A stretch of 64,000 bases of DNA from Spirochaetia bacterium (GTDB lineage Bacteria > Spirochaetota > Spirochaetia > SZUA-6 > Bin103), in assembly GCA_965203905.1 (NCBI GenBank), contig CBDBDQ010000005.1, positions 5,696,001 to 5,760,000 of the forward strand, given 5' to 3'. Below the pieces are notes generated by a model. The model searched no databases and was not told the origin of the DNA. It worked only from the letters and a program-made list of their open reading frames with translations. The position numbers were made by a program, and so were the translations under genes. This document shows, in pieces, positions 35,901-46,668 of the stretch; position 1 is the first letter of the stretch; every line of letters starts with the position of its first letter.

Positions 35901-37691
35901 CTACCGCCCTACCTGCTTGACCAGTTGCTGCCGTGCCACGGAATACCAGAGCGGGCGTCCGTGGGGGCAATGCTGCAAATCGATGTCGAAGGAGCGCCGG
36001 ACGATCGTCCTGGCTGCTTCCGGGTCCAACACCTCGCCATCCTTGACCGCCAATTTGCACGCCATGTCGGCGAGCACGGCACGTTCCAGGTCGGCCTCGC
36101 TACCGCGCACCCCGGCTACGTAATCGGCCAGCCATTCCGCGGAGAGCTGGTGCAGCGGCTCGGCCAGGGCGATGATCCGTGCCGGCCGCCGCCCCACACG
36201 CTCGATCACGATACCCAGCTTGCGCAGCAGCTCGCAGGCACCGGACACCGCCTCGGCGGCGGCGGGGTCCAGCTCCAGCTCGATCGGAAGCAGCAGTTGC
36301 TGGACCGGAAACGCACGCCGCCGCAACTCCTCGTAGAGCACACGCTCATGGGCCGCGTGCTGGTCCACGAAGTAGAGGCTGGATCCGATCTCGACCAGGA
36401 GAAACAGTCCCAGGGCCTGTCCGACGTAACGCAGGCCGCCGCTGACGTCGGGCATGACTTGCGTCCCCGCCGATTCGGCGGGCACTGCGCTGGGGCCGGG
36501 AGTGACGGTGGCGGCCGGTCCGGATGTCGGGGCACCGGCAGCCGCCGCCAGGTCAGCGGCGGCCGCGGCGACGGGGGCGGCCACCGCGTCCGGCTTGGGC
36601 TGCGCCGGAGGAGCGGCCGCTACCGGTGCCGCGGGCCGAGCCGGCGTGAACGGAAGCCTTCCGGCCGCCGGCGTATCCACCGCGGCGAGCGGAGAGTGAT
36701 GGCCGAACTGCGGCGCCACCTCCTGTACCACGCGCACCACCGCCTGGTGCAGGGGGGCCAGGTTGCGAAAGCGAGCTTCCCGCTTTGCCGGATGCACGTT
36801 GAAGTCCACCAGTTGGGGGTCGATTTCCACGAACAGACAGGCGACCGGGTGGCGGCCGCCGGGCAGCAGGGCGGCGTAGCCATACTCCACCGCCTGGGCC
36901 AGGCCGAACTGCTGGATGCGGCGGCGGTTGACGAAGACCATCAGCCGCGACCGGTCGCGGCCGGCCAGTTCCGGACGGGCTCCGATGACGGTGACGTGAA
37001 AGTCGGCGAAGCGGCGCTGTGCCTGGAACAGGTCGGACGGCGCGACGCGGCCGCCGAGGGCGTCGGCCACGCGCTGCAATGGCGTGGTCGCCGGCAGCGC
37101 CGTGTCGGAGCCGCCGTCCACGGTGAGGCGAAACGTGACCTTGGGATGGGCCAGCGCCTTCTCCAGCAGCATCCGCCGGCAGAGGGCGGTTTCGGTCCCG
37201 GGCCGGCGCAGGAAACGCCTCCGGGCCGGCAAGTCCGCGAACAGGCGCGTCACCTGGACCCGGGTACCTGCGGCGGCGGCGGTGCCGGTCACCTGGCGCC
37301 GCCCGGAGCTGGCCACCAGCCGCATCGCAGCCGCCGCGGCAGGGGTCCGGCTGACTACCTCCAGCCGCGCACACGCGGCGATGCTGGCCAGTGCCTCGCC
37401 GCGGAATCCCAAAGTGGTCACCCGCTGCAGGTCACGCTCGTCGACAATCTTGGAGGTGGCATGGCGCAGTGCTACCCGGTCCAGATCGGCGCGGCCAATG
37501 CCGTGGCCATTGTCGCGCACCGCCACCAGCCCGAGTCCCCCGGAGTGCAGCTCCACGTCGATCGCGTCGGCCCCGGCATCGATGGCGTTGTCCAGCAGCT
37601 CACGCACGATGGAGAAGGGGCGGTCGATTACTTCGCCGGCGGCAATCCGGCCGGCCACCTGCTCATCGAGCTGGCGGATGGCAGCTTCCAT
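35901..37691 (-). CDS. mutL: DNA mismatch repair endonuclease MutL
   Basis: IAAGEVIDRP, GFRGEALASI, DFNVHPAKRE, DQHAAHER, CPHGRP. Confidence 0.96.
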   Translation of the reverse strand: MEAAIRQLDEQVAGRIAAGEVIDRPFSIVRELLDNAIDAGADAIDVELHSGGLGLVAVRDNGHGIGRADLDRVALRHATSKIVDERDLQRVTTLGFRGEALASIAACARLEVVSRTPAAAAAMRLVASSGRRQVTGTAAAAGTRVQVTRLFADLPARRRFLRRPGTETALCRRMLLEKALAHPKVTFRLTVDGGSDTALPATTPLQRVADALGGRVAPSDLFQAQRRFADFHVTVIGARPELAGRDRSRLMVFVNRRRIQQFGLAQAVEYGYAALLPGGRHPVACLFVEIDPQLVDFNVHPAKREARFRNLAPLHQAVVRVVQEVAPQFGHHSPLAAVDTPAAGRLPFTPARPAAPVAAAPPAQPKPDAVAAPVAAAAADLAAAAGAPTSGPAATVTPGPSAVPAESAGTQVMPDVSGGLRYVGQALGLFLLVEIGSSLYFVDQHAAHERVLYEELRRRAFPVQQLLLPIELELDPAAAEAVSGACELLRKLGIVIERVGRRPARIIALAEPLHQLSAEWLADYVAGVRGSEADLERAVLADMACKLAVKDGEVLDPEAARTIVRRSFDIDLQHCPHGRPLWYSVARQQLVKQVGR

Positions 37692-37748
37692 CAGCGAGCC
37701 GGAACCGTTGCGCCGCGGACTCCTGGTATACTGGAGGTCATTCCTCTC

Positions 37749-38036
37749 ATGGTCGTCTCATTGCTCCATCTGGTGATCGATCTGCCCGGTGTCGGCTCGC
37801 TCAAGGAGAAACGCCGAGCCGTCGGTTCGCTGAAGGACCGGATCCGTAGCAAGTACAAGGTATCCGTTGCCGAAGTCGGCGCCAATGAGCTGTGGCACGT
37901 TGCCGAGATCGGCTGCGCCGTGGTCTCCAACTCGCACACGTTCGGCGAGACCGTACTGCACAAGATCATCGCCTTCGCGGAGGAGAACTCGGCGTTCCCG
38001 ATTCGCAGCGCCCAGGTGTTCTCCGAGCATTACTGA
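37749..38036 (+). CDS. DUF503 (YlxP-like) protein
   Basis: SLKEKRR...LKDRIR.KY.VSVAEV. Confidence 0.9.
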   Translation: MVVSLLHLVIDLPGVGSLKEKRRAVGSLKDRIRSKYKVSVAEVGANELWHVAEIGCAVVSNSHTFGETVLHKIIAFAEENSAFPIRSAQVFSEHY

Positions 38037-38117
38037 CAGCATCCGGGTGCGGTGTCGCCGGCGCGCCTTGATCGGGGGAGATCGATCTGGTACCTAGGCC
38101 AGGTGCGGGGAACGAGG

Positions 38118-38756
38118 ATGCTGCGTGGCCTGGCGCTGATCCTGGGCGTTACCATGGGTTCGAGTTGCGCGGAAGACGAGCCGCCCCCCGCCGTGGCGGA
38201 GCCCGCGGCGGAGGCGCTGTCCACCGGCATCGGCACGGCGGGGCCGGTCTCTGCCACGGAGCCGGGTGCGCCGCCACCGGGGGCGCCCGCGGTCGCCCCT
38301 CACCTGCTCTACCCGCGCGGAGTGCGTGTCACCCCGAACGACTACTCGATCGGGCCGCTGCAGGATCTGCTCGCCGCGGCGGGGCCGGAGAACGCCGTCA
38401 CCCGCACGCTGGTCACCTTTCTTCGGGCCCTGGCGGAAGGCGCCGTCGAGGGCGAGGCAGTCGCGCCCGACCGGCTGCGGAGCCTGAGGCGCTCGCTGGA
38501 GTACCACCTGACCGCGGAAACGCTGCCCCACGCCGTGCGCGTAGGCGAGATCACGCTGGCCGAGCGGCAGGCGCAGGTCGCCATCCGGCTGTTTGGGAAT
38601 CCGGGGCGGGTAGCCGGGGAGATCTATCTCGAAGCAGGCGCGGAGGGCTGGCGCATCGTGGACGTCCAACTCGACCTGGCTCGGCTGGCACTGCCGTACA
38701 CCCCGCGGGAGCAGGAGTTCGTGCCGAGCAGCGACCGCTGGCTGCTGGTTCGGTGA
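38118..38756 (+). CDS. Hypothetical lipoprotein
   Basis: Lipobox-like MGSSC after a hydrophobic stretch; C-terminal GEIYLE...GWRIVDVQLD. Confidence 0.7.
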   Translation: MLRGLALILGVTMGSSCAEDEPPPAVAEPAAEALSTGIGTAGPVSATEPGAPPPGAPAVAPHLLYPRGVRVTPNDYSIGPLQDLLAAAGPENAVTRTLVTFLRALAEGAVEGEAVAPDRLRSLRRSLEYHLTAETLPHAVRVGEITLAERQAQVAIRLFGNPGRVAGEIYLEAGAEGWRIVDVQLDLARLALPYTPREQEFVPSSDRWLLVR

Positions 38757-40387
38757 TGCGACGTTCCCGACACCCGCGGATATCGGCAGCCGCGGCAGGG
38801 CTGCTGCTTTGCTTCCTGGTTCTGGCAACGGTACCGCTCGCCGCGCAATCGATCGTCGCCGAGCCACTGTCCGGGTTCTCCGCGCCGAGCGCGGTCGAGG
38901 CGATCGACTTCGTGGCGCTTCGCGCCGTGGACTTCCTGCTGGAGCAACTCCCCGACACGTCCGGCGAGGCTCTGTGGCTGGCGCCGGTCCTGACCGATAC
39001 CGCTGCCGCGACCCGCCTCGGGCACCGCCTGCAGAGTGCGCTCCACCTGCAGCTGCTGGACCAGTATCGACGTGCCACGGTGCATGCCGTGGCAACGCTG
39101 TCCCCCTATCCGGGAGCGACCGCGACGGCGGATGGCTGGCACCCCGCGGCGGCACCCGGCTCCGATAGCGTGCTGGCATTGGAGATCCAACCCTTTCGCG
39201 GCACCATCCGGTTCGTGCTGCGACTGCTGCGGGCCGGTGAGCTGCGGGCCGGCGAGCTGATCGATGTTGCCGCCTTTCCGGAGCTGTACGAGTTGCTCCA
39301 CAACCCCGCAGCCCGCCCCGCCGAGCCGCCCGCCGCGGGCGCTGCACCGGTGCCCGCGGCGCCGCCGACGGCAGATCCGTATGAACCGGACGATGATCCC
39401 GGTCTCGAGGTGGTCGTGGACCTGACCGCACGAACCGAGCTCGACCGCGTGCTGGGTCGCGGTGACCGCGACCGCTTCGCGTTCCTGGTCAGCGAAGCCA
39501 CCCTGGTGCTGGTAGAGACCATGACCGAGCTCGACACGCAGCTCCTGCTGTACCGCGAGCGCGAGCGCGTCCCGTTCGCGGCAAGCGGCTCGGTTCCCGC
39601 CGGCGGTGGCGCACGGCTGGAGTTGAGTCTCACCGCCGGCTGGTACGTGGCGGAGGTGGTCGGCTTCAGTGACGACACCACCGGCGACTACCGGATTGCG
39701 ATCGGTCACGGCGACCCGCGCCGGGAACCGAGCGCCCTGCCGCGGGTTCCGCTGCCTGCCACCATCACGCCGGACCGGGGACAGACCCGTTACACCAGCG
39801 ACGGCGAGGACTGGATCGAGCTGCAGGTGCCCGCGCCCGGCTTCTACCTGCTGGAAGCGCGGTCGTTCGGCGTGCCGCTGAGCCTGTCGCTGTACCATGA
39901 CCGTGCCGCTGCGCCGGTGGTGGCGCCGCGGTCGGTCGCGACCGGAAGCGGCGTGGAGCAGCGTGCCAGACCGGCGGCGCGGCGGGTCGACGACGCCGTG
40001 GCGCTGTTTGCCGACCGCCGTGCCGTACACGCCCGCGTCGCTACCTCCACCGGGCAGGAGGCGGCTTACCACCTGTTGTTCAGGCCGCTCAGTCCACCGC
40101 GCCGGTTCGCCGACGGCGCGCCGTTTGCGCTCGAGGTCGATCACGGGGTCGCATACCACACCCTGCGCATCTTCGGAGCCGGCACCTACACGGCCACGAT
40201 TCGGGACCGGTCGGACGGGCTGAACCTGCGGGTATTCGGCGTGCCGGAGATGGAACTGATCAACGGAAACACGGAGTTCGACCTGGCGGCGGGGGACTAC
40301 CTGGTCGAACTCGTCGTGCCGGAGCCGCGCCAGCACGTGTGGGTGTGTTGGGTCGCTTCCGGGGCGGCGCTGCGCTGCGGCGGTTGA
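38756..40387 (+). CDS. Secreted protein with PPC-like beta-sandwich repeats
   Basis: Signal peptide; DPYEPDD, D.DRF.F, LDTQLLLY, L.AGWY..EV...TGDY; further DWI.L.V..PG.Y repeats. Confidence 0.7.
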   Translation: MRRSRHPRISAAAAGLLLCFLVLATVPLAAQSIVAEPLSGFSAPSAVEAIDFVALRAVDFLLEQLPDTSGEALWLAPVLTDTAAATRLGHRLQSALHLQLLDQYRRATVHAVATLSPYPGATATADGWHPAAAPGSDSVLALEIQPFRGTIRFVLRLLRAGELRAGELIDVAAFPELYELLHNPAARPAEPPAAGAAPVPAAPPTADPYEPDDDPGLEVVVDLTARTELDRVLGRGDRDRFAFLVSEATLVLVETMTELDTQLLLYRERERVPFAASGSVPAGGGARLELSLTAGWYVAEVVGFSDDTTGDYRIAIGHGDPRREPSALPRVPLPATITPDRGQTRYTSDGEDWIELQVPAPGFYLLEARSFGVPLSLSLYHDRAAAPVVAPRSVATGSGVEQRARPAARRVDDAVALFADRRAVHARVATSTGQEAAYHLLFRPLSPPRRFADGAPFALEVDHGVAYHTLRIFGAGTYTATIRDRSDGLNLRVFGVPEMELINGNTEFDLAAGDYLVELVVPEPRQHVWVCWVASGAALRCGG

Positions 40388-40411
40388 CACGTGGTACGGT
40401 GCGGCTAGATT
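40384..40411 (+). promoter_or_regulatory. Putative promoter of the rpsF operon
   Basis: TTGACA-N16-TAGATT. Confidence 0.5.
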
Positions 40412-40444
40412 ATAGGAGCAATACGTGCCAGTTCGGAGTGGTAT

Positions 40445-40765
40445 TTGACGTCATACGAGGCTTCCTTCGTGTTCCGCGTGGAGGCAGAGGCAACAGAGCG
40501 CGGCAAGCAAGCGGTCCAGGAGATATTTTCCAAGGCTGGAGTTCGCATCACCAATGAGAATGATATCGGTGAGCGAGTGCTCGCTTACCCGATCGCCAAG
40601 CAGGAACGGGGCCACTACACCTTGTACGAGATCGAGACCGATCCCCAGAGCGTTCAGGGGCTGTATCAGGCGGCGGGTCTGCTTCCGGACGTGCTGAAGT
40701 GTTTCATCGTGCGGCGCGAGCCGCTGCTGCCGAAACCTGTTGCGGTGCGGAAGGCCGGGGATTAG
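40445..40765 (+). CDS. rpsF: 30S ribosomal protein S6
   Basis: YE..F.F, G.R.LAYPI.K..RG.Y; synteny with ssb-rpsR. Confidence 0.93.
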   Translation: MTSYEASFVFRVEAEATERGKQAVQEIFSKAGVRITNENDIGERVLAYPIAKQERGHYTLYEIETDPQSVQGLYQAAGLLPDVLKCFIVRREPLLPKPVAVRKAGD

Positions 40766-40766
40766 C

Positions 40767-41216
40767 ATGGCCGATATCAATCATGTCACGTTGGTGGGTC
40801 GGCTCACGCGCGACGCGGAGTTGAAATACACCAATTCGGGCCAGGCGGTCTCCAACATATCGCTGGCGGTGAACCAGCGGCGCAGACGCGACGACCAGTG
40901 GGTCGATGAGGCGCACTTCTTCGATTGCGTCGTGTGGGGCCGCACCGCCGAGGTGTTAAACCCCTATCTGGTAAAAGGAAAACAGGTAGGTGTCGAGGGC
41001 CAGCTGCGCCAGAACCGCTGGGAACAGGAGGGGCGCACGCGTAGCAGAGTGGAGATTTCAGTCAACAACATCCAGCTCCTCGGCGGGCGCAACGATCAAT
41101 CGCCGCGCGAGGAGCAGGGCGCGGCTCCCAGTACCCGACCTTCCGCTGTTGCCCCTGCTCGCGGGTCTGGAGGGATTCCTCCAGCCGACGAATTTGACGA
41201 CGACATTCCGTTCTGA
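40767..41216 (+). CDS. ssb: Single-stranded DNA-binding protein
   Basis: [14 protein letters not shown]-terminal DDDIPF. Confidence 0.97.
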   Translation: MADINHVTLVGRLTRDAELKYTNSGQAVSNISLAVNQRRRRDDQWVDEAHFFDCVVWGRTAEVLNPYLVKGKQVGVEGQLRQNRWEQEGRTRSRVEISVNNIQLLGGRNDQSPREEQGAAPSTRPSAVAPARGSGGIPPADEFDDDIPF

Positions 41217-41235
41217 CGCTTTGAGGATACTGTCC

Positions 41236-41655
41236 ATGTCTGATACCCCCCCTGCCGATCCGGTTTCGCCACCGCTGGCGGTGCCGGAGTCCAATCCCGC
41301 TCCTCGCCGCGAAGCGGCCGCCGCCGCTGCGCCTCCGCGCGGCGCGGCGGAATACGCCGGCGGCATGCGCGAGAGGCGCGACGGCCCGCCGGGCGAGCGG
41401 CGCGAAGGTCGCGTTCGGACCCGCCAGGGACGGCCGTTCTACCGCAAGAAGTTCTGCAAGTTCTGTGCTCGCAGCGGCTCTGGTGCGGTGATCATCGACT
41501 ACAAGGAAATCGATACGCTGCGCCGCTATACCACCGACCGAGGCAAGATCCTGCCACGCCGCGTGACCGGCAATTGCGCCAAGTGCCAGCGCAAGCTGTC
41601 GGCGGCGATCAAGCGCGCCCGCGCGCTGGCCCTGCTACCATTCACGGCACAGTAG
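41236..41655 (+). CDS. rpsR: 30S ribosomal protein S18 (zinc-ribbon form, long N-terminal extension)
   Basis: [40 protein letters not shown]. Confidence 0.95.
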   Translation: MSDTPPADPVSPPLAVPESNPAPRREAAAAAAPPRGAAEYAGGMRERRDGPPGERREGRVRTRQGRPFYRKKFCKFCARSGSGAVIIDYKEIDTLRRYTTDRGKILPRRVTGNCAKCQRKLSAAIKRARALALLPFTAQ

Positions 41656-41695
41656 GAGCAGCGGCAGGGACGCTGCACCGCCGGGCCTGCGCCAG

Positions 41696-42709
41696 ATGAA
41701 CAACCGCGGACTCCCCAACCGGGTGTGGATTGAAATCGGGGTGTTTACGGCGGTGAGCCTCGGGCTCCACCTGCTGGCTCCCGGCGTGTTTCTGTTTCTG
41801 ATTCCTTTGCAGGTACTGGCGGTCCGGCGCGGAACCAGCGCGTTCGGATACGCGGTTCTGCTGCTGGCCTTGCTGGCGGCGGTGGTCGAGCTTGCCACGA
41901 GCGGGGCGCGCGCCGAGTTGCCCGCCGCCGAGGGCTACCTGCACAACGTCCAGCTGTTCCTGTCCGCGGTGCTGCTCGGTGGCTTGTGGCTGGTGAATGA
42001 GTCGCGCGTGCTCCCCTACCGCCATCTGGTTCGGATCATCATTGTCACGGGGGTCGCCGGATTGGTCGCGATCCCATTCGTCGGCGGCCTGATCAGCGAT
42101 CCGGAATTCGCTCCGGCGATGCGCGCGTACGTGGCCGACCAGCCGTTGTTGCGCATGAGTCTCAATCCGTCCGCCACGCTGGATGCTCCGCCGCCGAGCC
42201 TCGCTGCGGTGGAGCAGTTCGCCACCATGATCGGCGAAATACTGCTGCGTGGCGTTCTGTTTCTGTACCTGGTGTATCTGGTGACCGCGTGGTGGCTCGG
42301 TTCGCTGTGGGGCGCCCGCACGATCGGCATGCGGTCGCCGATCGGGAAAATCATCGCCTTCCGGCTCGAGCCCTGGTGCATCTGGGCGATACTCCTGAGC
42401 GGCGCGGTGGTGCTCGGTGACGCTTTGCTCGGCGACATCGGTCTGCTAAGCTACGTTGGCTGGAACGTATTCTCCGTATTCCTGTTCCTGTTCGCCTTGC
42501 AGGGGATCGGGGTCTTGCAGTGGCTCTACCGGCGCTACAACGTGCCCGGCCCGATGCGGGTGATGATCGGCGTCGCCCTGGTGTTCATGCTGTTTCGGCC
42601 GGTGCTGACGTTCGTGCCGGTGTTCGGCCTGCCGCTCCTGGGAATCTCGGAGACCTGGGTGGACTTCAAGCGCCCCATGCCGGGGGACCACCAGACCAAC
42701 GTTACGTGA
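41696..42709 (+). CDS. DUF2232/YybS-like membrane protein
   Basis: Polytopic membrane protein between rpsR and rplI; QG.G, LG..ETWVDF. Confidence 0.8.
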   Translation: MNNRGLPNRVWIEIGVFTAVSLGLHLLAPGVFLFLIPLQVLAVRRGTSAFGYAVLLLALLAAVVELATSGARAELPAAEGYLHNVQLFLSAVLLGGLWLVNESRVLPYRHLVRIIIVTGVAGLVAIPFVGGLISDPEFAPAMRAYVADQPLLRMSLNPSATLDAPPPSLAAVEQFATMIGEILLRGVLFLYLVYLVTAWWLGSLWGARTIGMRSPIGKIIAFRLEPWCIWAILLSGAVVLGDALLGDIGLLSYVGWNVFSVFLFLFALQGIGVLQWLYRRYNVPGPMRVMIGVALVFMLFRPVLTFVPVFGLPLLGISETWVDFKRPMPGDHQTNVT

Positions 42710-42734
42710 TCGTATTGGACAACGGGAGGAAGTC

Positions 42735-43187
42735 ATGAGGGTTATTCTGCAACAGGATGTGCTGGGTCTCGGCGAAGAGGGGGACGTGTGCGACGTGGCG
42801 CCCGGCTATGCGCGCAATTTCCTGTTCCGCAAGCGGGCGGCACTTCCCTTCACCGACCACGCGATGACCCTGCTGGAGCACCGTCGCGAGTCGATCGAGC
42901 GGCGCAAGCAAGAGAAGCGCGTGGGAGCCGCGGGGCTGCGCGAGCGGCTGGAAGCGGAGGAACTCACCTTTCGCATGACCGCCGGGGTGAGCGGCAAGCT
43001 GTTCGGCTCCATCACCAGCGTCGCCATCGCGGGGGAGCTGGAGCGGCGCGGCTTCGACGTCGATCGTCGCCGTATCGAGGTGCCCGACCACTCCCTGAAG
43101 ATGGTTGGCGAGCACACCGTGCGGATCCGCCTGTATGAAAATCAGGCGGCCGACATCAAGGTGACGATCGAGTCCGACGCCGACTGA
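42735..43187 (+). CDS. rplI: 50S ribosomal protein L9
   Basis: MRVILQQDV.GLG..GD...V.PGYARNFL, GKLFGSIT. Confidence 0.97.
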   Translation: MRVILQQDVLGLGEEGDVCDVAPGYARNFLFRKRAALPFTDHAMTLLEHRRESIERRKQEKRVGAAGLRERLEAEELTFRMTAGVSGKLFGSITSVAIAGELERRGFDVDRRRIEVPDHSLKMVGEHTVRIRLYENQAADIKVTIESDAD

Positions 43188-43191
43188 CCTC

Positions 43192-44553
43192 GTGGCTCGC
43201 AGCGCCGCGACATTGCCGCCCGCTCCGTCAGGGGAGGGGCTGCCGGACTCGGTACCGCCCCACAACCTCGATGCGGAGCGGGCGACCCTCGGGGCCGTGT
43301 TGCTGGACCCCGAGGCGCTTTCCACCGTGCTGCGCTATCTGCGCGCGGACGACTTCTATCGCGCGGCCCACCGCAAGATTTTCGAGGGCATCCTGGCGCT
43401 GTACGAACGCAATGAGCCGTTTGATCTCATCACGCTGAGCGACGAGCTCAGCCGTTCCGGCGACCTGGAGGCGTGCGGCGGCTCCGCGGAGATCTCCCAG
43501 CTCACGTCGGCGGTCCCCAGCAGCGCCAACGTCGAGCAATACGCGCAGATCGTCCAAGCCCGGAGCATTCGCCGCGAGTTGCAACGGATCGCGGCTTCCA
43601 TCATCGCGGACTCGTTCGACGGCACCCAGGATGAACGCTACATCATCGAGTCGGCGGAGCAGCGCATCTTCGAGATTACCGACCGCCAGCAGATCGGCGC
43701 GGTGCGCCTGGCCCGTGAGGTGATCAACCAGACCGTGGCGGCCATCGAGCAGCTCTCCAAGGCCGGCGGCAGCTACACCGGCATCCCCAGCGGCTTCCCG
43801 GATCTCGACAACCTGACCAGCGGCTTCCAGGACTCCGAGTTCGTGGTGATCGGCGCCCGGCCGTCCGTCGGCAAGACCGCATTGGCTCTGACCATGGCGG
43901 CCAACATCGCGGTCCAGCAACGCCGTCCGGTGGGCTTTTTCACCCTGGAGATGTCCGCAGTCGCACTGATGCAGCGGCTGCTCGCCAGCGAGGCGCGACT
44001 GGACTCGAACCGCATTCGATCGGGACTGTTGCGGGCATCGGACTTTCACAAGATCGCCGACGCGGCGGCGCGCATGTACGACGCACCGCTGTACATCGAA
44101 GACTCGCCCAACCTCAAGCTGCTCGACCTGCGCGCCCAGGCGCGGCGCATGAAGTCCAGCCATGCCGTGGAGATCATCTTCATCGACTACCTCACGCTGA
44201 TAACCTCCGAGCATCCGGAACTGGCGCGCTGGGAGCAGTTCACCGAGGTCAGCCGCTCGCTGAAGGCGCTGGCCCGCGAGCTGGACCTGCCGGTGGTGGC
44301 GCTGTCTCAGGTGCGGCGCGAGACCGAGGGCAAGCTGCCGACCCTCGCCGATCTGCGCGAGTCGGGCTCGATCGAGCAGGATGCCGACGTGGTGATGTTC
44401 CTGCATCGCGAGCGCGGCACGGACGAGAACCTGAACGATGTCGAAACGGAGCTGATCGTGGCCAAGCAGCGCAACGGTCCGGTGGGCAAGGTCAACCTGG
44501 CGTTCATTCCCGAGTACACCAAGTTCGAGTCACTCTCGCACCAGACGCAGTGA
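43192..44553 (+). CDS. dnaB: Replicative DNA helicase
   Basis: PPHNLDAE, GARPSVGKT, IDYL, DLRESGSIEQDAD, KQRNGP; no intein. Confidence 0.97.
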   Translation: MARSAATLPPAPSGEGLPDSVPPHNLDAERATLGAVLLDPEALSTVLRYLRADDFYRAAHRKIFEGILALYERNEPFDLITLSDELSRSGDLEACGGSAEISQLTSAVPSSANVEQYAQIVQARSIRRELQRIAASIIADSFDGTQDERYIIESAEQRIFEITDRQQIGAVRLAREVINQTVAAIEQLSKAGGSYTGIPSGFPDLDNLTSGFQDSEFVVIGARPSVGKTALALTMAANIAVQQRRPVGFFTLEMSAVALMQRLLASEARLDSNRIRSGLLRASDFHKIADAAARMYDAPLYIEDSPNLKLLDLRAQARRMKSSHAVEIIFIDYLTLITSEHPELARWEQFTEVSRSLKALARELDLPVVALSQVRRETEGKLPTLADLRESGSIEQDADVVMFLHRERGTDENLNDVETELIVAKQRNGPVGKVNLAFIPEYTKFESLSHQTQ

Positions 44554-44558
44554 CCGGG

Positions 44559-46661
44559 TCAACCGTCACTGAGGAATCGCCGCGCGCCGGGTGAGTGGGT
44601 GTAGCTGCCGCCCCGTGCTACCGCCAGCCAATCGAAGCCGCGGAACAGGTACAGGTCGAACAACACGGCGTGGGTGCTGCGGTCCCAGACGGTGAACGTT
44701 CCATCGGCGTTGTGCGCCAGCAGCAAGTCGGCCGCGACGCCGAGCTGCCGCGGTCGGTGACCGGACCGTTCCATCGCCACCAGGCGCCGGCCATCCCATA
44801 CCCGCACCGTGTCCAGGCCCAGCGACGAATACACCATACGTCCGTCCGGCGCGGCGACCAGGGAGGCGAACAGGTCTTCGCCGGCGTAGGCATCGAGGAT
44901 CCGCTCCTGCACCAGGGTCGTGCCGCTGCGGCGCTTCAACACGGTTCGCGCCTGGGCCCCCCCGGCGCCGGCGCGCGCGGACTCCACGCCGAGGGTCAGA
45001 AGCTGGCCGCTGGCATGCTGGGCCAGGTCGTAGATGAGCAGTGCGGCGTCCGGGAGCAGGACGGTCTCGGCGGTAGCGGTATCGATCTGCAGCAGCGGGG
45101 CGGCGGCGGCCGACGCCCTGCTGCGGCCGGCAACGAGGCGCTGGCCGGTACCGGCGACCTTGCTGGCGCCGGGGGCCCAGAACCGCTGCTGCGGCGGCAA
45201 CGGGACCAGGGGGTCCGCGCTGAGCACCTGCGCCAGCGAGTACAGCCGAATCTCGCCACGGCGATCCAGCAGCAACAGCTGTTGGTCGAGGACGCTTGCC
45301 TGGGCCAGCGCTGCCGGCAGGCCGGTAAGCCGGAGCTGAAAGCCACCGGTCAGCGGGTCCAGCGTGCCGAGACTGCCGCTGTCTCCCTCGCGGTTCCACA
45401 GCAGAACCAGGCTGCGCGAGCGCGTGGGGGGCGCGGCCCGGGGCGTCACCACGGTCAGTCCCACGGCGGCTTGCAACGGGTTGATCAGGTGCCGCTGGCT
45501 GATCACCCGCGGCAGCCGCGGGGCGCGGGGGCCGGTGACCGCGGCCGCGGGCGGAGCGGTAGACGCCGTCCGTGCCAGGGCCAGCCGTGACCTGGTTGCC
45601 ACCACGATCGTGTCGTCGGCGACTGCCAGTTGCGCATCCGGCAGCAGTTCATTGCGGGCGAAGGGCCGTACGGCGCCCGCGCGATACTCGGCAATGCTCC
45701 CGGGCTGGGCAATGAAGAGCGAGTAGTCGGCGGCGGCGATGGCGCTCACCGCTCCCCTCAGCATCACCGGTACGCTGGCGTAGCCGGTCAGCCTGCGGTC
45801 GGAGCGCAGGCGACGCACCACTACCCCGCCGCCGGACTCCACGGGTGCGGGCTCCAGCAGCAGGACCTGAGGCATCTGCTCCGACGTCGTGAACAGCGCG
45901 TCGCTCGACACCGAGACGCGGCCCCGCACCCGACCGGTCACCACGTCGATGGCCACGATCTCCTCGCCTGCCCGCGCCACCAGCAGCGCCTTGTCGGCGC
46001 TCACGGAAATCTGTTCCAGCCCCGGCAGCGTGGCCACCTCCGCCTGCAGGCGGGCACTGACGGCCTCCCAGTAGCGGATCTTGCCGGTGGGCTGGTAGGT
46101 CATGATGGTCCGCTCGTTGGTCGAGCTGGCAACGAACGAGACGATCCCGAGATCGGCCGGCAGTCTCTGGCGGGGCCGGCCGCTGAGCGCGTCCAGAAAC
46201 ACCACGCTGTCGAACCGTGGCATGGTGTAGACCAGGGCCGAGCCGCGGCTGGTAAAGCCGACGTGCAGCGGTGGTTCGGTCAGTGGCCGGCCGTACAGCC
46301 GGCGTCCGGAACGCCAGTCCCATACCTCCAGCAGGTTGTCGCCGGTGGCGGAGCGCAGCACGGCGGCGAGCAGGCTGCCCCCCGGTTGCAGTGCAATGCG
46401 CGCCACGCGGTGCACGCCCAGGCGCAGGTGCTGGACGAGGTGGCCGCTGCTCCGGTTCCAGACTCGTACCGAGCCGTCCTCTCCGGCCGAGAACAGCAGC
46501 CGCCGTTGCGGGTCGTATTCCAGGTCCGTGACCACTCCCGCGTGGCCGCTGTTGATCAGCGGCCCGGGGACGGCGCTCGCGGGGATGCCGGCCGCCGTGA
46601 GCAGCACCAACACCCAGGCCGCCAGCAGCGGCGCGGCGGGACCCCGACGACTCGCGATCAC
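44559..46661 (-). CDS. Secreted WD40/beta-propeller protein
   Basis: Signal peptide, GHAGVV...FSAGEDGSVRVWN, several VWD ends. Confidence 0.78.
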   Translation of the reverse strand: MIASRRGPAAPLLAAWVLVLLTAAGIPASAVPGPLINSGHAGVVTDLEYDPQRRLLFSAGEDGSVRVWNRSSGHLVQHLRLGVHRVARIALQPGGSLLAAVLRSATGDNLLEVWDWRSGRRLYGRPLTEPPLHVGFTSRGSALVYTMPRFDSVVFLDALSGRPRQRLPADLGIVSFVASSTNERTIMTYQPTGKIRYWEAVSARLQAEVATLPGLEQISVSADKALLVARAGEEIVAIDVVTGRVRGRVSVSSDALFTTSEQMPQVLLLEPAPVESGGGVVVRRLRSDRRLTGYASVPVMLRGAVSAIAAADYSLFIAQPGSIAEYRAGAVRPFARNELLPDAQLAVADDTIVVATRSRLALARTASTAPPAAAVTGPRAPRLPRVISQRHLINPLQAAVGLTVVTPRAAPPTRSRSLVLLWNREGDSGSLGTLDPLTGGFQLRLTGLPAALAQASVLDQQLLLLDRRGEIRLYSLAQVLSADPLVPLPPQQRFWAPGASKVAGTGQRLVAGRSRASAAAAPLLQIDTATAETVLLPDAALLIYDLAQHASGQLLTLGVESARAGAGGAQARTVLKRRSGTTLVQERILDAYAGEDLFASLVAAPDGRMVYSSLGLDTVRVWDGRRLVAMERSGHRPRQLGVAADLLLAHNADGTFTVWDRSTHAVLFDLYLFRGFDWLAVARGGSYTHSPGARRFLSDG

Positions 46662-46668
46662 CGGGGAG

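Noticed and set aside
43192-44553. Possible intein in DnaB
   Set aside because: Normal length and contiguous helicase motifs.
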